Assembly (NCBI GenBank): GCA_951406725.2
Contig: OX597818.1
Location: forward strand, 23,002,001 to 23,066,000
DNA: 64,000 bases
DNA from: Octopus vulgaris
Lineage: Eukaryota
Reading direction: 5' to 3'
Below are positions 14,691 to 28,882 of this stretch, piece after piece; the stretch's first letter is position 1; every line of letters begins with the position of its first letter. The translations under genes and the position numbers were made by a program. The notes beneath the pieces were generated by a model. That model was not told the origin of the DNA. It saw only the letters and a list, made by a program, of their open reading frames with translations, and did not search any database.

Positions 14691-14743
<53 letters not shown>

Positions 14744-14764
14744 ATTATTATTATTATTATTATT

Positions 14765-15317
14765 GAGTGAGAGAGCAGTGCATGCCATCAAAATGACACT
14801 GGGGTAACATATACGAAGCCCAGTATACCCATCATGACTACCTGTCTGATAAGGGGACACCAGGCACATGCATCACAACCATATGTGCGCGATATGGTGA
14901 TCTCATATGAAGATAAACAGCACATGACCTTGCAGGTGGGGCCCAGTTAGAATTTTCTTCTGGTCGAGTAGCCCATCCCACTCAAAAGGTCCTTGAATAA
15001 GAGTTATTTAAGGATGTTAAATGAAACACCCATGTTTCCAGAGGTGAATTATTTAAACCCCAAAGAATCCCTCTCAACACATGGCTATGATGCTCCCCCA
15101 CTACTTCTGCTCGTGATCAGAGATGCACATATCGTCAGCCACTAAGGGACATGCTCGACTGGTTAAGGTCAAACAACTGACAAGCAAATCTATGGTATTG
15201 AGCAGAATATTTGCTGTAGCCCATCTTTTATACCAAGACAAAACAATGTACATGATAACACTTCCAATCAGTTAAGATCAGAAGCCATGAGAGCCATTGG
15301 CTGGTACTGCATCAGGG

Positions 15318-15319
<2 letters not shown>
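14765..15319 (-). mobile_element. 555-bp element, full-length inverted copy
   Basis: Reverse complement nearly identical to 5321-5875; flanked by (ATT)n. Confidence 0.85.
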
Positions 15320-15392
<73 letters not shown>

Positions 15393-15571
15393 CATTACCA
15401 TTATTATTATTTTGAAAAATGTAGTAGGCCCGATGTAGTTTTTCATGTTGATGACGAAAATCGTATGGATTTTTTTTTCTCTTGAAATTAATAACAAAGT
15501 TACAAGCATTTAAAGTTATGTAATTTTAGCTAATCGAAAACCGCCATAATGATCGTATTTAGTGTCAGTTT

Positions 15572-15627
<56 letters not shown>

Positions 15628-15954
15628 GGTACTTGATGTTTTTGCTACCGTTCATGCTTTTTAGTTGTGATTACTATTGTTATTGTTGCTCTCTTGATAT
15701 TCGTCGCTTTCGTTATTATAATTGCTTTTTGTGTTGTTGCTGTTATTATTGTTGCTGTTGTTTTCCTTGTTTTCGTTGTTGTTGTTGTTGTTGCTGCTGC
15801 TGCCGCTTCTGTCGTTGTTGGAACATCAAAGCGAATCAACACAATGACATAACATTGTCTGTCGGGCTGAATAGGCTCAAAGGTTGGATTCGTCTTTTTG
15901 CTCATTTGACGAGACGTCGAATGAACTAAAAATTCCCAGCACCAGACGACAGCC

Positions 15955-15957
15955 TTA

Positions 15958-15994
<37 letters not shown>

Positions 15995-16245
15995 TTCATC
16001 ATCATCAGCAGCAGCAGCAACAACATCAGCAACAACAACAACTAAAAAATGCACTCATAACCACCACCTCCATTACCGGCATCACATCAACTACACCACC
16101 ACTAACACCACCACTACCATTAACAAACCATCACTACCACCACCATCACCAAAACCACCACCACCACCAACCCCTACACAACCATCACCAACCCCCACAT
16201 ACCACCACCATCACCAACTCCCCACATACCACCACCATCACTACA

Positions 16246-16277
<32 letters not shown>

Positions 16278-16331
16278 AACCGCTGGCACCATAAATACCA
16301 CCATCACCAACTCCCCACATACCACCACCAT

Positions 16332-16394
<63 letters not shown>

Positions 16395-16740
16395 AACCGC
16401 TGGCACCATAAATACCACCACCACCACCATCATCATCATCGCTACCACCAACAACAAAATGACGACAAAGCACTGGCAATCACCACCAACACTGCCAACA
16501 TCACCATCAACAGCGATGCTGTTACGACTACAACTACTGCTACCGCCACCGTTACCACCACAACCGCACCACTTCACAAACCATCACACCACCACAGCCG
16601 CACCGCATCGCACCCTATCACACTGCTACCGCTACCGCCGTCACCACCACCATCACCACCATCACCACCACCATCGCCGCCGCCGCCACCACCACCACCA
16701 CCATGATCTCACCATTTCCACCATCGTATTACCACCACTG
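15955..16740. repeat. CAC/CAT/CTA low-complexity tract with internal ~120-bp duplication
   Basis: ACCAACTCCCCACATACCACCACCATCAC...ACAACCGCTGGCACCATAAATACC occurs twice. Confidence 0.9.
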
Positions 16741-17099
16741 CAGAAAATATGCACTTAGGATACATATTTTGTGTAAGGAAGGGCAAAGTGACTTGATGCA
16801 GAAGGTTGATAGGTTGGCAAGGAGACTGTGGGGGGTGGGCGGGTAGAGGGACATGGACGGGTGGGGATGAGGGTGAGGTACCAGAGCAGGGTGGCGGTGG
16901 ATTTCAGTTTTCTTTTTTGAGATTTTATGGTATACTTGTGGGTAAAAGACAATGAATGGGGGGTGGGGTGAGGATAGTTAAGTGCAGGAGGAGAAAGAAG
17001 CGCAGTCAAATAATTTGAACACATACACATACGTACGCACACATATACATGTACATACGTACACAGATACATACGTGCAGATATATATAGAAACATAAG

Positions 17100-17665
17100 C
17101 ACACGCCGGGCGAAATGCTTAGCGGTATTTTGTCAGCCGTTACGTTGTGAGTTCAAATTCCGCCGAGGTCGACTTTGCCTTTCATCCTTTCGGGGTCGAT
17201 AAATTAAGTACCAGTTACGCACTGGGGTCGATGTAATCGACTTAATACCTATGTCTGTCCTTGTTTGTCCGCTCTGTGTTTAGCCCCTTGTGGGTAATAA
17301 AGAAATAGGTATTTTGTCAGCCGTTACGTTGTGAGTTCAAATTCCGCCGAGGTCGACTTTACCTTTCATCCTTTCGGGGTCGATAAATTAAGTACCAGTT
17401 AAGCACTAGGGTCGATATAATCGACTTAATACCTATGTCTGTCCATGTTTGTCTCCTCTATGTTTAGCCCCTTGTGGATAATAAAGAAATAGGTATTTTG
17501 TCAGCCGTTACGTTCTGAGTTCAAATTCCGCCGAGGTCGACTTTGCCTTTCATCCTTTCGGGGTCGATTAAATAAGTACCAGTTACACACTGGAGTCGAT
17601 GTAGTCGACTTAAACAACTTGTTTGTCACCTCTATGTTTAGCCCCCTGTGGGCAATAAAGAAATA
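17100..17665 (+). mobile_element. Tandem trimer of SINE family B
   Basis: Three ~183-bp units joined as ...AAAGAAATA|GGTATTTTGTC... Confidence 0.88.
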
Positions 17666-17722
17666 AATTAATGGAACTGTAGAAAAATGTAAAACATTCC
17701 AGCATGTAATATGTACATCTGT

Positions 17723-17837
<115 letters not shown>

Positions 17838-17983
17838 TGTCTGTCTGCCTGTCTGTCTGCCTGCCTGTCTGTCTGCCTATCTGCCTGCCTGTCTGCCTGC
17901 CTGTCTGCCTGTCTGTCTGTCTGTCTGTTTACCTATCTATCTGATGATCAGTCTGTCTCTACCTGTTTGTCTATCTAATATAT

Positions 17984-18017
<34 letters not shown>

Positions 18018-18225
18018 ATATGTTTGTATACATATTTACATACACTCATAGAAAAACACACAGGTATATATAAGTATGCTACTGTGTGTGTATGTGCGCA
18101 CGCACGCGGTTGCTTATTTCTGTTTGCATGTGTGTGTAAATCCCTCTATTTAGCTCTCATATCCTCTCTGATGAAGGGATATCCCTGACCAAGAAATTTC
18201 TTGGTCATTTATAAAGAGAAAGGTA

Positions 18226-18265
18226 GTCTTACAGCTGTTTCAGGGATATCCCTTCATCAGAGAGG
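18226..18265 (-). ncRNA. Minimal type I hammerhead ribozyme motif (Penelope-like terminal repeat)
   Basis: Minus strand ucu-CUGAUGA-agggauaucccu-GAAA-cagcug-UA-aga: intact core, palindromic helix III. Confidence 0.8.
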
Positions 18266-18380
18266 ATATGAGAGTTAAATAGAGGGATATACATACACAT
18301 GCAAACAGAAATAAGCAACCGCGTGCGCACGCACATACACACACAGTGGCATACATATATACCTGTGTGTTTTTCTATGC

Positions 18381-18424
<44 letters not shown>

Positions 18425-18458
18425 AGAAGAAAATGGATTCAAAACCTCTTTCTTTGAA

Positions 18459-18534
<76 letters not shown>

Positions 18535-18630
18535 CGGGAAGCTTTATGAAAATAAACAAAAGACGAAGGCAGGTGGAAAACAAACGAACAATTGTATTAG
18601 TATGGCGCTCAGGAAATATAAATAAAACAA

Positions 18631-18670
18631 GTCTTTAACGTTTCGAGCCTACGCTCTTCAACAGAAAGAT
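18631..18670 (-). ncRNA. Minimal hammerhead-like motif, CUGUUGA variant
   Basis: ucuuu-CUGUUGA-a-gagc-guag-gcuc-GAAA-cg-UU-aaaga; 5-bp helix I. Confidence 0.6.
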
Positions 18671-18738
18671 ACACAGAGAGAGAAAAACACAGAAAGAAGG
18701 AGAAAAAAATGCGTGCAGTAGCTAACGAATCAACATGG

Positions 18739-18772
<34 letters not shown>

Positions 18773-18950
18773 TTATATATATATATATAGTAAATTTAGA
18801 TTCAGTAGGGTATATAATACCACTTACTAAAATAGAGCCAACGCTCCAAAAACCACCATAGACTCACCATAAAAATATACACGTGCAATGCAATGGACAT
18901 ATGAGAAATAGGCTTACCTTTGCCTTGAATACATCAGTAAGTAATGTCTA

Positions 18951-19012
18951 TTTCAATATCAATTGATTTCACACTTTGCATGACAAACATGCTCAGCGAT
19001 TTTCAGCTGAAA
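18951..19012 (-). ncRNA. Hammerhead motif with G8>A core change
   Basis: uuucag-CUGAAAA-helix II-GAAA-ucaauuga-UA-uugaaa; 6-bp helix I, palindromic helix III. Confidence 0.6.
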
Positions 19013-19184
19013 ATAACATTTTAACATCTATTTCTAAAATATTCACTACATTAGCCCGTGTACGTTTATATACAGTAAGGTACTATATAGCCTGCAGAAT
19101 CAAGATTTACCTTATATTGTGACTGTAACGGTGTGAACTTGCTAACCCCCTTATTATTACCTTATTAATACTATTAATAACGGA

Positions 19185-19270
<86 letters not shown>

Positions 19271-19641
19271 ATATTAATAATAATTAAAAAAGGGTAAAAT
19301 TTATTAATTAAATTAATTAATTAATTAATTAATCAATAATTTTACCAAGTAGATCGGTACGTTAAAATAACCTTTATAAGTACATTATCCACATAATTAT
19401 AATTAGGGTTCAGCTAATTGCTTCATCACATACCGAATTTAGAAATAGGAGTTGAAATTCCTTTTCTGCTACTGTAAGAATTTCCATACAAACACACACA
19501 CACTCACATACGTAATTACAAAATTTTATGTAGATGCATACACCTTTCAAATTCAGAATCACACATGCAGATATAAGCATGCGCACACACTCACACGCAC
19601 ATACTCACACGCACACACTCACACGCACACACTCACACGCA

Positions 19642-19688
<47 letters not shown>

Positions 19689-19910
19689 GCATACATATAT
19701 ACCTGTGTATTTTTCTATGCGTGCATATATAATGTGTGTATAAGTATATATATATATATGTGTGTGTATGCGTGTTTAAGTATATATATATGTGTATGTG
19801 TATATAAGTGTATATGTGCGTTTGTGTGTATAAGTATATATTCAGTGTGTTTGTGTGTGTGCATGCCTGTGTATGCGCGCGCGTGTATGTCTATTATGTG
19901 TGTGTGGCGC

Positions 19911-19980
<70 letters not shown>

Positions 19981-20823
19981 ACGCGTGCGCACGTGCGTGT
20001 CTTGTGCGGATATACGGCAAGTTTTTCAGCTCTTTTCTTGCAGTCATTTCTTCCTCTTCGGAAATTTTGCCAGATTCTTACTATTCTCTGGACAGACTAC
20101 CAAATTCTCCGTACCTTTTACCACTGCTGTCCAACTTTTACCATTGTGTTTTCACATTTCTTTCTTTTACAGAATCCAAACTTTTTCCCCATTTTCAAAT
20201 TTTAGTTTAAACTTTGTCTCTTTGTTAAAAAATGCAACGTTTTCCCACCCCAGATTACTTTCGTTTTACACTTAAACATATTAATAGCACCTTCAACCTT
20301 GCTCTTTCCATCTCGTGAACTTCACCAAAGCCTTTATTCAATCACGTTCGCGCTCACATCATGCCACACTTTCACACCAATCAATGAACGATTATACACT
20401 CCAGCCTCACTTCCTCTAACCAATGCATCTATACTTCCACACTTCCACACCTCTAAACACATACATGCACCTCACTAACACACGCATACATCACATCTTA
20501 TACTTCCTTTCAAGGACAAATAAACTCTTATACTTGCATCTAGTACTCGCCCCTTCTTCCTTCCTTGGCTCTGTCCTAGAACAGCATTTGCATCTGGTTT
20601 CCAACATTTGATTTTACCCCCCACCCCCACCATCACCACCACCATATTGTCACTCTTTCTCACTTTCTCTACGATTCTCTTTCTATTGATGAAGGACTAA
20701 CGGCCGAAATGCTGGGATATTTTTCTCTGTGATTAAAGCGGCAAACATACACACACAGACTCATGCATACACAACCACACACAGACATAATCTAACATTT
20801 ACTAATCTTTAATTATGCGCCGG

Positions 20824-20972
<149 letters not shown>

Positions 20973-21908
20973 TATATTTCTTTATCTCAGTTTTATCAGT
21001 TACAGTTTTCAAACTGTAATAACAACTCAAAAATAATAAATAATAATTCTCAAAATGCAGAAAGTAGAAGACACTAAAAAACAAAAATCTGAAGAAAAAC
21101 TAAACAAAAATTTTTTAAAAAGTACAAATGACAACACAAAAAAGACAAATCCTTTAAGAACCGAAAAGCCAATAAACAAAACATAAACCGAACTCAAAGG
21201 AAAACCTTCGATAACTATTTAAAAATATTAAAAGTAAGAAAAAGAAAAAAGTTAATCAAAATATCTGATACAATATAAAAATAAAAAAAGTAAACTCATG
21301 AACCGAATGACTCCTAAAAAAATAATAAAACATTGGTATCCTCGACTCTCTAAAACCATCACCATAGCCTTCAAGCAAATAAAAGAAATCAAAGCAAATA
21401 TTCTACAAATCTAATCAAAAATTGCATTCTTTGAATAATTTATACGTATAGATTATAGATTTAATCCAAATCTCGCTATCGTGAGAATTCGGTTGTTGGG
21501 CTCGAGATATATTCTATCTTCTAAAACTTAATAAAGATATTTATTGTGTCTCCAGGTCGTATGTTCAATCTGCTGCCTCAACATCTTTATATATTTTATT
21601 TCATTAATTTATTTTTGTTTTGTTTATTTTGTTTTCTTTCATGTTCTTATCATCAAAAAGGCATCATATTTTATTCATATCATTATTTTATCAAATTTGC
21701 TTTTTCACATGCATATTTGTATATACATATGTATGCATACATGTAAGCATGCACATATGCATATATGCGTGTATGTATGTATGTATGTACATACATGCAC
21801 ACACATACACACACACATTTATAGATAGATAGACATTTGTGTATACACAATATGTTAATGATAGGAAGTCGAATATCTGTGCATGCATGTATGATGATGT
21901 GTGAGTGC

Positions 21909-21945
<37 letters not shown>

Positions 21946-22024
21946 TATATATATATATATATGTATATCCGTGTATGTGTGCGTGAGTGCTAGTATAAGC
22001 ATGTATATATGTATACAATTATGT

Positions 22025-22069
<45 letters not shown>

Positions 22070-22080
22070 CGTGTGTGTAT

Positions 22081-22143
<63 letters not shown>

Positions 22144-22282
22144 ACGAATCCCCAAACTTAAACTTGGCAGTATATAATAATACTACCGAGAGTGCTAGGT
22201 AATTCTGAAGGTGTACGAGCTTTATACTGTACTCTACCACGTTCCTAACGGAATATAACATAACTATACATACATACATACA

Positions 22283-22346
<64 letters not shown>

Positions 22347-22569
22347 CACATACATACATACATACATACATACATACATACATACATTTATATATATTTA
22401 TTTGCACATACATATAGACATTTGCATATACAAATACATACATTTATGTATGCAGCACACACACACGTTTGTGTTCATGTTTGTGTGTATGTGTGTGTAT
22501 TTCGATAAATACATTTTCCATAACTAAAGAAAATGTGCTGTTGTTGGTGATAATAATAGCAATAATAAT

Positions 22570-23445
22570 AATCCTTTCTACGTTAGGTACAAGGACTGAA
22601 ATTTGGTGGGAAGAGGTAAGTCGATCACATCGATCCCAGTACTTGTCTGGTACTTAATTTATCGATTCCGAAAGGATGTTTGTCAAAGTCGACCTCGGCA
22701 GGATTGGACCTCAAAACGTAAAGACGGACGAAATGCCGCGAAGCATTTTGCCCGGCGTACTAACAGCAATAATAATAATCCTTCCTACTAAAGGCAAAAG
22801 GCCTGAAATTTTGGGGGAGGTGATGAATCGATTACATCGACACTAGTGTTTCACTGGTACTTAATTTTATCGACTTCGAAAGGATGAAAGGCAAAGTCAA
22901 CCTCGGCGGAATTTGAACTCAGAACATAGTCACATAAACATTTCGTCCAGCATGCTAATAATTGTTTTCCTGCTCTAGGCACAAGGCCCGAACCTAAAGA
23001 CAGACGAAATACATATTTCTTTACTACCCACAAGGGGCTAAACACAGAGAGGACAAACAAGGACAGACAAACGGATTAAGGTGATTATATCGACCCCAGT
23101 GCGTAACTGGTACTTATTTAATCGACCCCGAACGGATGAAAGGCAAAGTCGACCTCGACGGAATTTGAACTCAGAATGTAGCGGCAGACGAAATACCGCT
23201 AAGCATTTCGCCCGGCGTGCGCTAACGTTTCTTTTCTACTCTAGGCACAAGGCCCGAAATTTGGGGGGAGGGAGACAGTCGATTAGATCGACCTCTGTAC
23301 GCAACTGGTACTTAATTTGTCTACCCTGAAAGGATGAAAGGCAAAATCAACCTCGGCGGAATTTGAACTCACAACTTAAAGACAGACGAAGTGCCGCTAA
23401 GCATTTCGCCCGGCGTGCTAACATTTCTGACAGCTCGCCGCCTTA
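22570..23445 (-). mobile_element. Cluster of about four SINE family B units
   Basis: Repeated GATGAAAGGCAAAGTCGACCTCGGCGGAATTTGAACTC motif. Confidence 0.85.
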
Positions 23446-24190
23446 CCAACAATCATAATAATCAGTATACAATCACACCATAATTACTGCCATGACTACT
23501 ATCTCTAATAACAAGGTCAGTAACGACGACGACAACGACAAGAACAATTATAAACAAATCATCAGATCCCCCTCACACACACACACATACACACACACAC
23601 ACAAAATCAATAAAACAGCTACATCATAAGATGAAAAGCAATATGAATAACAACAACAACAGTAATAATATTGCGCACAACTAGGGCTAGAAATAGCAGC
23701 CAAATTTGCCAAGAATCAAAGACACATTTGGAAAATGTTGCTCTCGGTAAACAGTCTGTCGGAAGAAAAACAGAAAGAAAAAGATAAGATGGCCATGGTT
23801 GGGTCACGTATTTTCTTCATAAGCGCAGATGTGCCTGTGTGGATAAGAATCTTACTTCTCAACCATGTGGTTTCTGGTTCAGTTCCGTTGTGCGGCACTT
23901 TGAATAAGTGTCTTCTATATCTCTGGGCCAAAACCATGTGAGTGGAGTTGGTAGATGAAAACCGAAAGAAACCCGTCACACAAACCCGTATGTATGTATG
24001 TATGTATGTATGTATGTATGTATGTATGTATGTATGTATGTATGTATGTATGTATGTACGTGTATACATATATACACACCCATACGTACACATATACATA
24101 TATATATATGTGTGTGTTAACCACAGTAAATAAGGTACTCAATACATAGCAGAGTAAGATAGTTCTAGTCCTGTAGAAGCTCCTTCTATA

Positions 24191-24251
<61 letters not shown>

Positions 24252-24599
24252 CACATACACATGTTTATAGATATAGTTATTCATAAGCGTGTGCACATCT
24301 ATGTGTATTTGTGTCGTTTGTCCCTCATCACCGCTTAACAACCAGTGTTGGTTCATTTACGTCTCCATAACTTAGCGCGGTTTGGAATAATAGTCCGATT
24401 GAACAAGTAACAGACTTTAAAAACAAAACAAAAAAAAACAGAAGCAAAACCAAAAACAAAACAAAAACAAAACAAGAACAAGTACTGCAGTCGATCTGTT
24501 CGACTTAAACCCTTCATGGCAGTGCCCCAGCATGGTCGCAGTCCAATGACTGAAACCAGTAAAAGATTTTTAAAAAAAAAACATGGATTTTACTCAATA

Positions 24600-25005
24600 A
24601 GGCGCAGGAGTGGTTGTGTGGTAAGTAGCTTGCTAACCAACCAAATGGTTCCGGAATCAGTCCCGCTGCGTGGCATCTTGGGCAAGTGTCTTCTGCTATA
24701 GCCCCGGGCCGACCAATGCCTTGTGAGTGGATTTGGTAGACGAAAACTGAAAGAAGCCTGTCGTATATATGTATATATGTGTGTGTGTATGTGTTTGCGT
24801 GTCTCTGTTTGTTCCCCTAGCATTGCTTGACAACCGATGCTAGTGTGTTTACGTCCCCGTCACTTAGCGGTTCGGCATAAGAGACCGATAGAATAAGTAC
24901 TGGGGCTTACAAAGAATAAGTCCCGGGGTCGATTTGCTCGACTAAAGGCGGTGCTCCAGCATGGCCGCAGTCAAATGACTGAAACAAGTAAAAGAGTAAA
25001 AGAGT
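24600..25005 (+). mobile_element. SINE family A, well-preserved copy
   Basis: A/B-box-like head, CCTTGGGCAAGTG-type core, tail GGCGGTGCTCCAGCATGGCCGCAGTC...GTAAAAGA repeats. Confidence 0.85.
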
Positions 25006-25508
25006 AATTAGTGTTGACCCAGGGCTAAATAACATTCTTTCCCCGCCGCCACCACCACTGCCATCACCACCACCACCACCACCTCCACCACAACTTCCAC
25101 CACCACAACTTCCACCACCACAACTACAACCACCACCACAACCACAACCACCACCACAACCACTGCCGCCTGCCGCCGCCGCCATTTAAAACAACAACAA
25201 CAACAACAATAAGAAGTACAGCAAATGCAATTACAAGTTACAACAACAATATTAAATATATAATTAAAGCTGCAGATCAAAGACTGCCGCTGAGTCAACT
25301 GCCGCAACTTGACACCTAACAATTGACTCGCTCAACAATCCTGTTACTTCTAACATCAATTGAACAAGCGATGAAAAAAAAAAAAAAAATATCCTCCTTA
25401 CCCCCACCCACCCCACTTCTCCAACTTTCTCCTCCCTTCTTTCCTCTCTCTCTCTCTCCCTCTGTTTTTCTTTCTTCCTCTCTCTTTCTCACTGGGTGTT
25501 TGCGTATC

Positions 25509-25553
<45 letters not shown>

Positions 25554-25565
25554 ATATTTATATAC

Positions 25566-25605
<40 letters not shown>

Positions 25606-25778
25606 TCACACATAATAAGCACGTATACACATATATATATCTACGTGTGTATGCATATATGTACTCACACACACACACACACATTTGCAGATATACATTT
25701 ACAATGTATACACACACACACACATATATATATATGTAATATATATGTATATATATGTAATATATATGTATATGTATG

Positions 25779-25809
<31 letters not shown>

Positions 25810-26792
25810 ATACATATATATATGTGTATATATATATATATGTATATATATATAAAACACAGACACACACACACTCACACACTATGCGTTTATGTATATG
25901 CATGTCTGTATGTATGAATGTGCGTATGTATAGACGGATGCATGCATGCAAGTGTGTATATGTGCGTGTATGTTAGTGTATACATGTGTATATATAATTG
26001 TTTTAAATTTTGGCACAGGTCCAGAAATTCGAAGGAAGGGTTTAGGTCGATTACATCGACCGCATTATTCAGTCGGTATTTAATTTATCGCCCCTGAAAG
26101 GATGAAAAGCGTAGTCGACTTTGACAGAATTTGAACTCAGAACGTAATGACATAAAGACAGACGAAACGCTGCCAAGCATTTTGTTCATAAAGCCAGACA
26201 AAATGGTTCACGACATTTCTTCCGGTTTTACGTTCTGGGCTCACATTCCGCCGAGGCCGACTTTGCCTTGCATCCCTTTCGGGGTCCATAAAATAGTACC
26301 AACTGAACAATTCGATTGATGTAATCGACTTACCCGCCCTTCAAAATTGCTAGCCTTCTACCTAACATAGAAAGGAAAAATTATCAGAGTGATAAAGGCT
26401 CTGAGTTGGCAGGATGGTGCGAGCGACACAAAAAGTGTTTTGCTGTATCTCTTCCAGCTCTATACGTTCTGGTATCAAATCCCATGGAGGTCAGCTTTGC
26501 CTTTTATCCCACAAGGGTCGATAAACTATAACAAGTACTAGATCAAGTACATCGACTAAGCCCCTACTCTCACTTCAGAATTACTGAACAATTGTTTTTT
26601 GAGTGGTGGATTACTAGAATCGTTAGTGCGCCTAACGCAATGAGTAGCGGCAATTCTAACTTCAAATTCTTTGCATTCTAAGTTAAATAACGCCGAGATC
26701 AAATTTATCTTTCATCCTTCCGACTTCGATAAAATTAAGTACCGATCAAGTACTGGAGTCCATGTAATCGACTTGCCTTTCACCTAAAATTA

Positions 26793-27311
26793 CCGTAAAT
26801 CCTCGAGTATAATCTGCATTTTCCCCCCAAATTTAAAGGTCAAAATCCCTAGTGCGTATTATACACGAGGTTAAAAATGAATATTTTCTCTAAGCAATGT
26901 TCAATTCTCTATTTGCTGTCCGGCAATGTTTATTCAGACGCATTTTGTGATGTCGGGAGCGAAAATACCCAAAGCTAAGCTTGAAAGCAATGAAGTCATA
27001 AACGAATCATCCATAACTTGCAGTAAGCAACATTTATTAAACGTTATTACTGTTATTACTGTTATTTCTTTATTTTCTGCAAACAAAATGCACAAAAAAG
27101 CTACACGTTTGCATTATGTTATATATACAATAATAATAAAGGACGTTACCGTATACATTTTTACAAACCAAGGACGTTATATAGACCCCCTTGACTCAAG
27201 TTAGAGAAGGAGTGCGTATTATACACAAGGTTTAAGTTCTTCAGAGGTACAGCCCCCTAAAAATCCCCTGCGAATTATACTCAAGGGCGGACCATACTCG
27301 AGAATTTACGG
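26793..27311. mobile_element. Tc1/mariner-superfamily MITE with CCGTA termini (Tc2/pogo-like)
   Basis: TIRs CCGTAAATCCTCGAGTAT / ATACTCGAGAATTTACGG, TA on both sides, interrupts a SINE tail. Confidence 0.85.
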
Positions 27312-28047
27312 TACTGACCTTGTGCCAAAATTAGAAAGAATTTAGGCTGTGAACTTGTAAAATCGTTAACTCTTCGGACAAAATAAATAGCAGCATTTCA
27401 TCCGGTTCCTTACGTTCTGAGTTTAAAATTCTGCCGAGACCGACTTTGCCTTTCATACATTTTGGGGTCGATGAAATCAGTATCGGTTGGACATTAATTG
27501 ACAAGTCCCTTACACCTGCAAATTTTCAAGCCTTGTGCTTTTACAGTAAGAAAAGATTAGTGAATTTATTGAAAGGTGGGTAAAAATCGCGAAAATGGCA
27601 AGAGATGAATGGTACCGCTCTAAGTGTAGACACGTGAGTTGGAGAAAAGGAATTGGAGAGGGTACTTGTCCTTGGTGTTCACCAAATAGGCAGTTTAATT
27701 GCCGAAAGAAACGACATACTCATTGTCGAAACTGACTTATTCCAGACAATGTGTGCGCATGCGCGCGTGTGCGCGTGTATGTATCAATATGTATGTGTGT
27801 GTGCTTACCTGTATGTGTGTGTGTGTGTGCTGTACATTGGCCAATCTGTAGTATGTATGTATGTATGTATGTATGAAGGAGCGTCAGCGTGTACGTATGT
27901 ATGTATGTGTGCATGTGTATATGTTTGTATCGCCGGAGAGGGAAAAAAGACAGATAGATAGAGAGATGGATAGATAGATAGATATATAGATAGATAAATA
28001 GATGATAGAGAGATAGATGATAGAGAGATAGATAAATAGATAGATAA

Positions 28048-28119
<72 letters not shown>

Positions 28120-28306
28120 CAAATAAATACTTTGCATTGATGTTGAGAATTATTTTATCATGCAGAACGAATTAGCGAAAAGACTCGATAAAAAGCGAAA
28201 ATATCGAGACTAGAGCGATTAATTAGTTAAAACGCAGGAATACAAAAAATGTCTAATTACATTATGTATGTGTGTTTGTGTATGTATATACATATACATT
28301 CATGTG

Positions 28307-28337
<31 letters not shown>

Positions 28338-28569
28338 ATATTTATACCTGTTTATTTCTATGTATAAATATGTATGTGTATATATATACATGTGTATGTA
28401 TGTATGTATGTAGGTAGGTAGGTAGGTAGGTATGGGCGTGTGTTATCGTCACCGTTCCAAATAGCACTTTCCAAAAAAGAATTATATGTACATGTATATA
28501 TATCAAAACTTGTATGAATATACATGTATGTGTACATACACATAAATTTATGTTTGCAGACACATAAAG

Positions 28570-28614
28570 ACACACACACACACATAGACACACACACATA
28601 CATACATACATACA

Positions 28615-28645
<31 letters not shown>

Positions 28646-28847
28646 GTATGTATATATGTATATGTATATATATATATGTATGTATATATATATGTATATG
28701 TATATTTATATATGTATATGTATATATATGTATATGTATATATATATGTATATGTATATGTATATATATATATATATGTATATATGTATATATATGTATA
28801 TATATATGTATATGTATATTATATATATGTATATGTATATATATATA

Positions 28848-28882
<35 letters not shown>

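Noticed and set aside
17100-17665. CRISPR-like periodic repeats
   Set aside because: Whole units are homologous SINE copies with no unique spacers; eukaryotic context
20684-20718. Hammerhead-like UUGAUGA...GAAAUGC after a decayed Penelope-like stretch
   Set aside because: Core and helices too degenerate to list as a feature
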